Of a stretch of DNA of 64,000 nt, positions 46,910 to 56,282 are shown one piece after another. Position numbers and translations under genes: made by a program. Source of the DNA: Candidatus Moraniibacteriota bacterium (GTDB lineage Bacteria > Patescibacteriota > Minisyncoccia > Moranbacterales > UBA1568); the NCBI GenBank assembly GCA_013334575.1, contig JAAXXG010000003.1, positions 12,699 through 76,698 on the forward strand. The letters run 5' to 3'. How positions within the stretch are numbered: the stretch's first letter is position 1; each line of letters starts with the position of its first letter. The notes beneath the pieces are model-generated. The model saw only the letters and a list, made by a program, of their open reading frames with translations, was not told where the DNA came from and ran no database searches.

Positions 46910-47446
46910 ATGAAGACCGAATTCGAAGGGCGGATACTCGGAGTCGATCCGGAAGCACTCGTGCGGATACTCGAGGAGCTCGGGGCCGAGAAGGTCGGCG
47001 AGTACCTGTATCGGCGCCATATCTACGACCTCGAACCGGGAAAAGACGAGGCGTGGATCCGACTCCGGACCGACGGCCAGACGACGACTCTGACCATCAA
47101 GGAACGCGAGCGGGACGCCGTGGACGGGATGAAGGAACTTGAATTTCCGGTCGGCGACTTCGACACAGCGCATCTTTTCGTCGAACGTCTCGGACGGCCG
47201 GCACGATGGAAACAGGAAAACCGGCGGATCCGTTACGTGCTCGATGGGATCGAGATCGATATCGACTCATGGCCGCTCATCCCGCCGTATCTCGAGGTGG
47301 AGGGGGATTCCGTGGAGGCTGTCGAACGGATGATCGAGCGGTTGGGATTTTCGCTTTCCGATATGGTCACGTTCGGGACCAAGGCTATCTATGAGAACTA
47401 CGGCATCGACCTGCATGCGATTCCGGATTTGCGGTTCGAGGAATGA
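46910..47446 (+). CDS. CYTH domain protein
   Basis: TEFEGR, WIRLR, LTIK, ELEF, IDIDSWP, YLEVEG. Confidence 0.85.
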   Translation: MKTEFEGRILGVDPEALVRILEELGAEKVGEYLYRRHIYDLEPGKDEAWIRLRTDGQTTTLTIKERERDAVDGMKELEFPVGDFDTAHLFVERLGRPARWKQENRRIRYVLDGIEIDIDSWPLIPPYLEVEGDSVEAVERMIERLGFSLSDMVTFGTKAIYENYGIDLHAIPDLRFEE

Positions 47447-47521
47447 AAACTTTCCGCCGTCGGAACCGTTTTATGGCCAAGCGGCGGCTTTTGTCGCCCG
47501 GGTAACGTGTAAACGGAACGT

Positions 47522-48238
47522 ATGACGAAGCGGAAGATCGGTATCGGTGCGGCGATGATCGCGATACCCGCGGTCGCGTCGCTTCTGGTCGCGGGACAGG
47601 CGAGCGCGTTCGGTTTCGGTGACGGAGGAAGCAGGAGCGGTAATCGCGTCCAGTCGGAGGAAAGGGACGGTCGCGGTCCTGTTGGAGGATTCCGTTCGGA
47701 GGAAGCCGTTTCCGCCTGTTCGGGAAAGAGCTCGGGAGATGACTGCTCCTTCTCCATGACGCGTCCGGGGCAGAGCGAGACAACCTCGGTCTCCGGCACG
47801 TGCCGCAACGTTCCGGCAGGGAAGACGGATTCGTCCGAGTCGCTTTCCTGCATGCCGACTCCGAAGGATGGTGACGGCTCGATGGAACGCGTCCGTTCCG
47901 AGGATCGCGACGGGCGCGCCGAGAACCTGAAGGAGCGGAAGCAGGCCGAAATCAATCGGATCGAGACCCGGGTTCAGAAGATCATCGATTTCCTGAAGTC
48001 GAAGGATGTCGATACGGCGACGATAGAGGGATACTTCTCGACCTTCAAGGCGAAGGCGGATACGGTAATCGCGAAGGTCGAGGCGCTGCAGACGCTCCTT
48101 TCGACGGACAATCCGAGCGAGAGCGATCTTGCTTCGGCCCGGACGGCCGTCCGTGACGCGGGAAAAGACATGATCTCGTACTACAAGGACACGCTCCGGA
48201 CGGCTCTCAAGAGCGCTCTCGACGCCCTCAACGACTAA
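47522..48238 (+). CDS. Secreted hypothetical protein (small 4-Cys domain and helical C-terminus)
   Basis: Signal peptide ending ASA; AC.GK..GDDC.F...GTC...LSC.P. Confidence 0.7.
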   Translation: MTKRKIGIGAAMIAIPAVASLLVAGQASAFGFGDGGSRSGNRVQSEERDGRGPVGGFRSEEAVSACSGKSSGDDCSFSMTRPGQSETTSVSGTCRNVPAGKTDSSESLSCMPTPKDGDGSMERVRSEDRDGRAENLKERKQAEINRIETRVQKIIDFLKSKDVDTATIEGYFSTFKAKADTVIAKVEALQTLLSTDNPSESDLASARTAVRDAGKDMISYYKDTLRTALKSALDALND

Positions 48239-48242
48239 CGCT

Positions 48243-48545
48243 ATGAATCTCGACAGGAAGAAGATGACGGTGATCGCGGGATCGGTCGGAGGCGTGTTGC
48301 TGATCGCATTGCTTGGATGGATACTCGTCTCGCGGACGGTGCCCGGCAGCTCCGTCGACGGCGCCCGGCAGGCGGTTCAGGACCGATCGAAGGAAGTCGG
48401 TGCTCCCGAAACCGGAACCGCTTCGGACGACGCTGCTGCCGATGCGGCGGCACGGAAGTCCGTGTCGACCAGGACGGAGGCGAAGCAGGCCCTGTCGGAA
48501 CTCGATAGCGCGGTCGATTCCGTCGGGACAGGAACCGGGGAGTAG
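48243..48545 (+). CDS. Small membrane-anchored hypothetical protein
   Basis: N-terminal TM; starts 4 bp after the previous gene; terminator hairpin at 48573-48608. Confidence 0.6.
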   Translation: MNLDRKKMTVIAGSVGGVLLIALLGWILVSRTVPGSSVDGARQAVQDRSKEVGAPETGTASDDAAADAAARKSVSTRTEAKQALSELDSAVDSVGTGTGE

Positions 48546-48616
48546 GAAGGTGTCGCCACTGTCACCAGACAGAAAAAGAGGCCTCGGAATGCTCCGGGCC
48601 TCTTTTTTGCGAGGAT

Positions 48617-48967
48617 TCAGGACGTAATCACCTTGCCAATCTTCGTGAGGAGCTGCTTTTTCCCCATGGCTCCAACAAGCGCTCTCTCCATCGGTATCGG
48701 AAGGCCATTTCTGAATACGACATATTGCGGAATGACCCTTATTCCGTATCGGCCGGTCAGTTCCGGCTCCTCATCGACGTCGACGGAACAGATATCGAAG
48801 TGCGGGTCGTTTTCTTCGATCATTTCTTTTATGACGGGAAGCATTTCCCAGCATGGTCCGCACCAGGCGGCCGCAAAAAAGACGACGACAGGCTTCTTGT
48901 TTTGAAGGACGGCCTCTTCGAAGGTTTCTCCGTTGACGGCATTGTACGGGTTCTCTTGCTGGTTCAT
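48617..48967 (-). CDS. Thioredoxin family protein (second copy)
   Basis: AWCGPC, VDVDE, YGIRVIP. Confidence 0.85.
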   Translation of the reverse strand: MNQQENPYNAVNGETFEEAVLQNKKPVVVFFAAAWCGPCWEMLPVIKEMIEENDPHFDICSVDVDEEPELTGRYGIRVIPQYVVFRNGLPIPMERALVGAMGKKQLLTKIGKVITS

Positions 48968-49211
48968 GGCGGTATGGGCTTTTTGTTAACGGAATCTATG
49001 TCTGGTCGACAAGCGATTAAAGCATTTCTCTTTTATGCTGTAAAGCGGAATCCGGTTCGTGAATCCGAAACAGGAAATGAAGGACTTTCATGGCCTTTAA
49101 AAGCCTAAAAGAGTTCGCGAAATCGGATCTTTGGATCCGAAACGGGGATTCGAGGCTTTACACCAGTACGGCGGTAAGGGAAAATAGGGAGGTAATCATT
49201 CGAAGACGTAT

Positions 49212-49712
49212 ATGGCGACACAGGAGAATCTGATGGCGGCGTTCGCCGGCGAAAGTCAGGCGAATCGCAAGTACCTCGCGTTCGCGAAGAAGGCGGCGGC
49301 CGAGGGGTATCCGGCGGTAGCGAAACTTTTCCGCGCGGCAGCCGAAGCCGAGACGGTGCACGCGCACGCACATTTCGCCGCGGCCGGCGGCGTGCAGGAT
49401 ACCGTCGCGAATCTCGAGGCGGCGATCGCAGGGGAGCAGTACGAGTTTACGGATATGTATCCGGGCTTTATCGCCGAGGCCGAGAAGGAGGGTCATGCGG
49501 CTGCACTCAAGTCTTTCAGGAACGCCGACGCGGTCGAGCACGAGCACTACGAACTCTATCGGCTGGCGCTCGAGGCGATCAAAGCCGGGCATGATGTCGA
49601 GGACCTTGCGATCTATGTCTGTCCGGTCTGTGGGCACACCGAGGTCGGCGTCCGGTCGGAGAAGTGTCCGATCTGCGGCGTCCCGGGAAGCACGTTCATC
49701 GAGGTGAAATAA
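49212..49712 (+). CDS. rbr: Rubrerythrin
   Basis: AFAGESQANRKY, EAETVHA, GEQYE...MYP, E.EH, CPVCGH...CPICG. Confidence 0.93.
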   Translation: MATQENLMAAFAGESQANRKYLAFAKKAAAEGYPAVAKLFRAAAEAETVHAHAHFAAAGGVQDTVANLEAAIAGEQYEFTDMYPGFIAEAEKEGHAAALKSFRNADAVEHEHYELYRLALEAIKAGHDVEDLAIYVCPVCGHTEVGVRSEKCPICGVPGSTFIEVK

Positions 49713-49833
49713 TTGAACGCTTGAAACGGAAAGCGGCCCTCGGGCCGTTTTCTTTCGATACGTCCTTGTTTTCGGCGCTTTACACCTTTCGGGCGATGCG
49801 GGAAAATGAACGTGAGTAATCGTGGTGAACGAT

Positions 49834-52158
49834 ATGGGCGAGAGTCATCAATTCATACCGATCCGGAACGAGGTCGTGCGACGGCGGGAAACGAAACTTC
49901 CGCGTCCTTTGACCGCGGATGAGCGGGGGGAAGACGATGGGAAACCGGAAGAGATGTCCCTTACGGACCACTGGAAGACCCTTCGGTTGTCCGTTCAGGA
50001 GAAGTCCTCAGAACGGACCGATGGTACGATACTGCCGGAAAACGTGAAATTATTGAACGAACTCATCACGCCGGAACTGATGGAGGGGTATCGGGCGATT
50101 CTTCGGGAATTCAATGTCAGGGCGAACAAGACGGAGGAGCATCCCGAGAGGGAATTTATCGACACCGAGGAAGATGGAATCGTCGGAAAGATTGATGCGT
50201 GGACGGATGCGCTTCTGCGGGAAGTCGGGGAAAAGTGCGAGGTCGGCCTTGATGAGTCGGATATCGAGGAACTTCGTGTCCAATGCCGGCTTCTGTTCGA
50301 TTCGTTCGGGAACGTGATGAATACGAATTCCCTCGAGCGGGACATTTCCGACTCTCTTGGCACGGCGGAAGGCGGCTCTGCCGGCGATGCGGAGGTGGCG
50401 AGACTGGTCGAGAAGCTCCGAAGGAAGTATCCGTTCGAGCCCGATGAGATGGAACTGCTTGTCGACCTCGTCAGGTCTGAGAAAGGCAGAGACAATGAGT
50501 ATTCCATGAGAATCCTCGCGGAGACAGTGTCCCGTCTTTGGACGGAATACGGTCTTGACCGGAAGCATGGGGATATGGCGAAGATATCGCTCGGGTACCT
50601 GGCAGCGAAGGGTGCCGAGAGCTTCGCGCCGTCCCTGTTTCAGGGGATAATGGCGAATGGCATGTTCGATGCGGCGGTTTTCATCGAATATCTCGGCCTG
50701 GAGAAGTTGTCCGAGGTCATCTCGACGAAAAACGATATCGAGCTCGCGAAGGTCATGGTCGATGTCAATCGGCAGATAAACCGACGGATAACCGATTCCC
50801 TTTTCTTTCAGGAATTCGAATTCATCCATGACAAATCGCTCGGCGAGGTATATGCCGCCTTGGAACGCGGGAAGGAATCCTCGGAGCAGATGCTTCGCGA
50901 GGTCGTATCACAGTTCGCTCCGAGCCTTTCGGGAATCGTGATGTCGCTCGCGTTCCTGACGAAGATCAATCCCATCCTCGGTGGGATCGGGGTCGGGAGT
51001 CTCCCGGTCATGTATGCGATTGCGAAGAAGCAGAACGATCAGATCTGGCCGATGTACGAGCGGGAACGTCGGGAAGGCGAGAAGATCGCGACCAGACTCG
51101 ATGCCGTGAAGCGCGGATTCGAGGAGGTGAAGACATTGGCGAATGTCGCAGGGATCGCTTCGAACGTCCGGGAACAGATGGACGCGATGGACTCTTTGGC
51201 GCTTCAGAGGTTCATAGAAGAGCGGAAGATGAGCATGATACGGCGTATCCCGTTCGATGTCTCGAGTGTCATAGCGGCCGGCGTCGGCGGAGCGCTTCAG
51301 CGGGCCGGGATGATTTCCGGCGGCGCGATCCTTTCGAATATCATGTATTCCGGGCAGCTGAATTGGCCTGTCAAGGAACTCGTGGAACTCTATTTCAACC
51401 GGTTCTCGCGATATGTTCAGGACATCCGACGCCTGGACGAGATCCTGGGGAAATACGAGACGTTGGATCTTCCGGACGGGGAGAGGGAAGGAGATCGCGT
51501 TCCGGTTTCCGATCTTCCGAACCTCGACATCTCCATCAAGGATCTCCGATATCGGGATATTCTTCGCGGCGTCGATCTTGACGTGAAACAGGGGGAATTC
51601 GTCGTTATCGCAGGAGCGTCCGGTGCCGGAAAATCAACGCTGCTGAGGAATCTGACCGGTCTCTATCGTCCGGACGGCGGCGAAGTAACGATCGGAGGTG
51701 TCCGGAACGACCGGGTGAAGCGATTTGGCAAGGAGTCCGTCTATTCGGTCATGTCGTACTGCAATCAGAGTCCGCAGTATTTCGAGGGGATGACGCTGAG
51801 GGAGAATCTGACACTCTGGTCCGGGAACGAGGCGGATGACGCGGCGGTGCGGCGGATACTTTCCGATCTCCGTCTCGATGCTCTGTCGGACCGTCTCGAC
51901 GAGGAAGTGAAACATCTGTCCGGCGGTGAGCGGGTCCGTATCGGTGTCGCCCGGACGCTTATCAAGGATGCGAAGATCCTCCTGTTCGATGAGCCGACCG
52001 CGAGTCTTGATTCGCAGGCGGCGGCCGAGGTCCGGCGGATACTCACGGAAATTCGAGAAAAGTACCCGGAGAAGACCGTTATCTGCGTGTCGCACGACGA
52101 GGAGTTGATACGGTCCAGCCCGAGAGCGGTGCGTCTCGAAGATCTGCAGCGCTCCTGA
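49834..52158 (+). CDS. ABC transporter (permease + ATPase) with a long acidic N-terminal extension
   Basis: GASGAGKS, LSGGERVR, LLFDEPTASLD, VSHD; central TM segments. Confidence 0.85.
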   Translation: MGESHQFIPIRNEVVRRRETKLPRPLTADERGEDDGKPEEMSLTDHWKTLRLSVQEKSSERTDGTILPENVKLLNELITPELMEGYRAILREFNVRANKTEEHPEREFIDTEEDGIVGKIDAWTDALLREVGEKCEVGLDESDIEELRVQCRLLFDSFGNVMNTNSLERDISDSLGTAEGGSAGDAEVARLVEKLRRKYPFEPDEMELLVDLVRSEKGRDNEYSMRILAETVSRLWTEYGLDRKHGDMAKISLGYLAAKGAESFAPSLFQGIMANGMFDAAVFIEYLGLEKLSEVISTKNDIELAKVMVDVNRQINRRITDSLFFQEFEFIHDKSLGEVYAALERGKESSEQMLREVVSQFAPSLSGIVMSLAFLTKINPILGGIGVGSLPVMYAIAKKQNDQIWPMYERERREGEKIATRLDAVKRGFEEVKTLANVAGIASNVREQMDAMDSLALQRFIEERKMSMIRRIPFDVSSVIAAGVGGALQRAGMISGGAILSNIMYSGQLNWPVKELVELYFNRFSRYVQDIRRLDEILGKYETLDLPDGEREGDRVPVSDLPNLDISIKDLRYRDILRGVDLDVKQGEFVVIAGASGAGKSTLLRNLTGLYRPDGGEVTIGGVRNDRVKRFGKESVYSVMSYCNQSPQYFEGMTLRENLTLWSGNEADDAAVRRILSDLRLDALSDRLDEEVKHLSGGERVRIGVARTLIKDAKILLFDEPTASLDSQAAAEVRRILTEIREKYPEKTVICVSHDEELIRSSPRAVRLEDLQRS

Positions 52159-52174
52159 CGGTCCGAAACCCCGG

Positions 52175-52249
52175 GGCGTCCCCGGCAACACGTTCATCGA
52201 GGTGAAATAATTGAACGCTTGAAACGGAAAGCGGCCCTCGGGCCGTTTT
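52175..52249 (+). pseudogene. Duplicate 3' end and terminator of rubrerythrin
   Basis: 75 bp matching 49677-49751; the last 61 bp are identical. Confidence 0.92.
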
Positions 52250-52476
52250 TCATATCGTGAAACCGCCGGGTCGCCCGTATCCGGTCCCGGCCGGAGACGG
52301 TGAAGAACCGCCGGCGCCTTTACTTCCTCTTCGGAAGGGAGTAGAAATACGGTACACCGGCATATCCTGCCGACGGTCGTCGTGATCTCCTTTCCTGAAC
52401 GGATCACCCGAATCGTATGTGGCCGAAATCGTTCCGGGTACTGGCCCGGGGAGGTGTCAGGATTTTCTGCGACGGG

Positions 52477-53418
52477 ATGACCTGTCCGAGGCATATCGGT
52501 CGGGACGTGTTCGTGACGCTGGCGTTCGCGCTCGGCGCTGTCGGATTCCTGTATTCTGCGGGAAGTATCGGGATCGGAAAGCCCGGAGCTGCCGACGTGT
52601 CCGGCGACACTGCGGGCTCCGGAGCGACGGCCATGCTTCTTTCCGAAGAGGACGTCGTCGCCGAAGTGGAGCGGATCGTAGCGCCGGTCGATACCGGTTC
52701 GTGGAAGCCGTACCGCAACGACTACTACGGATTCGAACTCCGGTATCCGGCGGGGTGGCAGACGCCTTCCGGGCAGATCGCCCCGAGGGGGTCGAAGTGG
52801 GAATACCGATTCCGGTTCAGGAAGCCGGTTCCGGCAGGCGGGACCTATGTCGGGTTCGATGTCGTCGTCTACGATGTCGCCAAGGCGAAGGAACTGTCCG
52901 GGACGGACGAATATCCGGCGCTCCGGAACGAGGAGGCGAAGGGTACGGAGCGGTGCGCGACCATCGACCGATACGTCGTCGATGCCGGGGACTATCCCCT
53001 GAGCGAGATCTACGTTCCCCCGGGTGACGACTGCTATCGGCCGACGCTGTTCCTGTCCCTCGTCCGTGACCGGTATATCTACGATGTCGTCCCGATCACC
53101 GGGGAGAGTGCCGTTTCCGGTCCCGATCCGAGGGCGTCGATCAATATGGACCTTCCCGAACTGTATTCCGTCGGTTCCTCATTCCGGCTTATCGATATCG
53201 TGCGTCCGAAACCCGTACCTCCGAAGCCTCGGATCACCGCTCCGCACCCCGTGTCCTATAAGAAGGTGAACGGTCGGCTGGTCTGCGCGAAGAAACACGA
53301 TCATCCGTCGAAAAGCGGAAAAGGGAAGCATCTCGACATGGAGTGTTGCCTGGATCCCGACGAGTATCCGAATCCCTGGTGCTACTACCCGCCGGAGAAA
53401 TACGGGAAGTACCTCTGA
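52477..53418 (+). CDS. Membrane-anchored hypothetical protein (PsbP-like start, Cys-rich C-terminus)
   Basis: TM anchor; WKPYRNDYYGFELRYPAGW; MECCLDPDEYPNPWCYY. Confidence 0.65.
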   Translation: MTCPRHIGRDVFVTLAFALGAVGFLYSAGSIGIGKPGAADVSGDTAGSGATAMLLSEEDVVAEVERIVAPVDTGSWKPYRNDYYGFELRYPAGWQTPSGQIAPRGSKWEYRFRFRKPVPAGGTYVGFDVVVYDVAKAKELSGTDEYPALRNEEAKGTERCATIDRYVVDAGDYPLSEIYVPPGDDCYRPTLFLSLVRDRYIYDVVPITGESAVSGPDPRASINMDLPELYSVGSSFRLIDIVRPKPVPPKPRITAPHPVSYKKVNGRLVCAKKHDHPSKSGKGKHLDMECCLDPDEYPNPWCYYPPEKYGKYL

Positions 53419-53479
53419 TCGCTTTACGGCCGAGGCGGAGGGGGGGTAGCGCTTGCAGAGGGCTAAAAAGTACCTGACC

Positions 53480-53631
53480 TGCCCTGTAGAAAAGACTTTT
53501 GTAGGATTGTCATTCCGGCCTCCGTCCGAGCATGCGCCGGCCAAGAGCCGGAATCTATGTCTTGGATTCTGGCTTTGACCCGGGATGACCGTACGGAAAA
53601 TCTGAAACGCGGAGATGATTTCTACGGAGCA
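53480..53631 (+). mobile_element. MITE copy (152 bp)
   Basis: TGCCCTGTAGAAA...TTTCTACGGAGCA; flanks TACCTGACC and TTCCCGACC. Confidence 0.87.
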
Positions 53632-53792
53632 TTCCCGACCTCTTTTCTGATTCAATTTCCGACACCTGTCACGGGAGGAACAGACCGAAAGAATCTTTCG
53701 ATTCCACGAATGATTTGGTGGCAGAAGTTATATATTACCAAAAAATAAGGCCTTCGCGAGGTGAAGGCCTTTAAGAATCGCGCTGATTCGGG

Positions 53793-54128
53793 TCAGAGTC
53801 CCTTATTCAGCAGTCCGCGTTCGACACTTTCAATCATGGATTGACCGGGGTCTATGAAATGGCTGTCCGTGAGCGACTTTCCGTCGGTTGTGCGGATCTT
53901 CATGTTCATGACGTACGTTCCCTTTTGTTCACCGGGACCGATGTCCGCAACGATTTCTGAAACGGATGGGTGCCGTTCAGTTAATTGTTGCAGGCCTATT
54001 TGGGACAGAGCCGCTTTTCCGCCGAACATGGAGATGTCGAGCTTAATCGGGTTCGGCGACTCGGCCTTGGCGGTTGTCGGTCCGAGCAGGACGGCGAACA
54101 GGAATGTCGCGGCAAGTGTTTTTTTCAT
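53793..54128 (-). CDS. Small secreted hypothetical protein
   Basis: Signal peptide MKKTLAATFLFAVLLGPTTAKA. Confidence 0.65.
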   Translation of the reverse strand: MKKTLAATFLFAVLLGPTTAKAESPNPIKLDISMFGGKAALSQIGLQQLTERHPSVSEIVADIGPGEQKGTYVMNMKIRTTDGKSLTDSHFIDPGQSMIESVERGLLNKGL

Positions 54129-54264
54129 GGTCGATATCTTTTTGTTTTTTGAACGTACCCACCTTCATGTTGGGCGTATGTACTCTATAGCAGAAACAAG
54201 ATTTCTTGTCAATGATCACCGATGTGACCAGTGGTGCTTTACGACGGCCAAGGAGCGGAGGAAA

Positions 54265-55017
54265 ATGAGGGTGAAAGAGGAATATGTTTTGCGTATGCGT
54301 TTCGGGTACATGTCCGGTTGGCGCGGTGATCTGCTCTCGGAATTTGCCTTCGCGAAACGGCATTTCGATTTTACCGAAGTGACCATCGTGCCGGACGCGC
54401 TTGCGGCCGTTGAACGGACACTTCCTGAGCTTGTTGCCGCGCTCGACGGATTCCCGACGCTCGGGCATCTGCACTGGGACTTCGTGGGGTTCGACGATAT
54501 TGAAAGGAATATCCGCATACTGGAGCGGCTGGGTGTCGGCCTGATAACGATGCATCCGTTCGAAAATGTTGGAGTTCCGGAAAATATAGACATCATGGAG
54601 CGCGTTTCCGACTGTTGTCGTGGACGAGGAATCCGTCTTATGATCGAGAACGTCTCGAACGAACCCTATGCGACCATGGAGGGAATGGCTCCACTCCTGT
54701 CGGGTATTTCGAATGTCGGACTGACGTTCGATGTCGGTCATGCGAACAAGATCGGCGAGCTCGGGAATTTTCTTGACAGGTTCGGTGACCGTGTCGGACA
54801 TGTCCATCTCCACGACAATGTCGGGAAACGTGATCACTTATTTTTCTCCGATCGGAACCGGCTCAAAGCTAATCTCGAGAAACTCAGGGGAATCGGCTAT
54901 GACGGGACGGTCACGCTCGAGACCTTCGCTGCCATGAAGGACGGGCGGAGCGTCTCTCTCGGCTTCGACGAGATCAAGTCGTTTCATCCCGTCCAGGTCG
55001 AAATGCTCCGGAAATAA
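54265..55017 (+). CDS. Sugar-phosphate isomerase/epimerase (xylose-isomerase-like TIM barrel)
   Basis: TMHP, MIENV, TFDVGHA, HVHLHDN..K.DH, GYDGTVTLE. Confidence 0.85.
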   Translation: MRVKEEYVLRMRFGYMSGWRGDLLSEFAFAKRHFDFTEVTIVPDALAAVERTLPELVAALDGFPTLGHLHWDFVGFDDIERNIRILERLGVGLITMHPFENVGVPENIDIMERVSDCCRGRGIRLMIENVSNEPYATMEGMAPLLSGISNVGLTFDVGHANKIGELGNFLDRFGDRVGHVHLHDNVGKRDHLFFSDRNRLKANLEKLRGIGYDGTVTLETFAAMKDGRSVSLGFDEIKSFHPVQVEMLRK

Positions 55018-55106
55018 TCCGCTTTACAACCGGGGCGGGGGGGACTTGAAAAATCAAAGCCGGGCAATAGTACGTCTATGCCCGGCTGGTTTTCGAAAAT
55101 ACCGAT

Positions 55107-56120
55107 TCAGCTTATCTCGCGGTACAGGCAATGGCCGTCGCATGCCTCCGGAAGATGCTCCGGGAATCGCGCAGACAGCTCCTGAAGGACTTCGGAATAC
55201 GTCTGTCGCAGGAGATTCCCGATGACGGTGTCGTTGCCGGGGCACGGCGTCACGTCCCCGTTGCCGAGAATTTGAAGCCGTTCGATACATGCGGCTGTCC
55301 CGAAATTGTTGAGCACGGGGTGGACGAAGCCGAAACTTGCGTCGATATCGCGAATCTGCTGGCGCATCCAGGCTCGATCCTCAAGTGAGACGATGAGGCT
55401 CTGGTCGACTTCTCCTCGCCCACTTCTTCCCGTGGGAAGAAAGAACGAAAAGATGACCCAGACATTTTGTTCGCGGCACGTACGCAGCACGGCAGGGACC
55501 TCGCGGACATTGCGGCTCGTTACCACCATGTCGAAACCGAGTCGGGTCGTCCCATCATTGCGGACTGCATTGAACCCCTGCCTTTTGAGCAGCTCGAACG
55601 CCTGGTTTCGTTTCTCGAAATAACCCGGCTTTTCGTCTCCGACCATTTCGTCTTGGTAAGCCTGGTCCTGCAGGCTGTCGAGTTTCAGCACGACGCTTGC
55701 ATTGAGACCATACAGCCTGTGAACAAATTCCAGATCGGTCAAGTGCGCGGAACCCTCGCTGAAGACAACGGGAATGAGGCCGAGTGAGTGTGTAGTCCCC
55801 ACGATATCGAAGAAGTCCCGATCGAGTGTCGGCTCGCCCTCTCCGATGAAGTTGACGGTCTTCGGCCCCGACCAAGCGACCTCGTTAAGGATCAGCTTGA
55901 TCTGGTCGAGTGTGAGAGTCCGCTTTTTCTTGTCCGTAAAGCAGTGAGGGCAGTTGTGCGGACAGCCTTCCGTCATCGCGCAAAAATCGATCGTGTGCGT
56001 TCCGGCGCGAAACTTCGCGTCCGTGATGTTCCATCCGTTCAGAACGGCTCCGATCCCGATAGGGGTCCGGTTGCCGAGCTGAAAGTATCCTGGTCCATAT
56101 GACTGTGACATGGTCACCAT
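55107..56120 (-). CDS. Radical SAM protein with SPASM/twitch-like C-terminus
   Basis: CPHNCPHC, GEGEP, C..RLQI..NGDVTPC, CDGHC. Confidence 0.88.
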   Translation of the reverse strand: MVTMSQSYGPGYFQLGNRTPIGIGAVLNGWNITDAKFRAGTHTIDFCAMTEGCPHNCPHCFTDKKKRTLTLDQIKLILNEVAWSGPKTVNFIGEGEPTLDRDFFDIVGTTHSLGLIPVVFSEGSAHLTDLEFVHRLYGLNASVVLKLDSLQDQAYQDEMVGDEKPGYFEKRNQAFELLKRQGFNAVRNDGTTRLGFDMVVTSRNVREVPAVLRTCREQNVWVIFSFFLPTGRSGRGEVDQSLIVSLEDRAWMRQQIRDIDASFGFVHPVLNNFGTAACIERLQILGNGDVTPCPGNDTVIGNLLRQTYSEVLQELSARFPEHLPEACDGHCLYREIS

Positions 56121-56282
56121 CCCTTTGTTTACTTGATGAAGTTGAAAAGAAACTGATGTCTAGTTATAGAAGATTTCCGACATCACGTCAAGTCCGCCGT
56201 AAGCCGGAGCCTGCATGCTTTACAGTATATGCTTCGGGGAGTAGAAAGGGGGTGAAAGGGGCAGTATACATTTGAATGGTCT

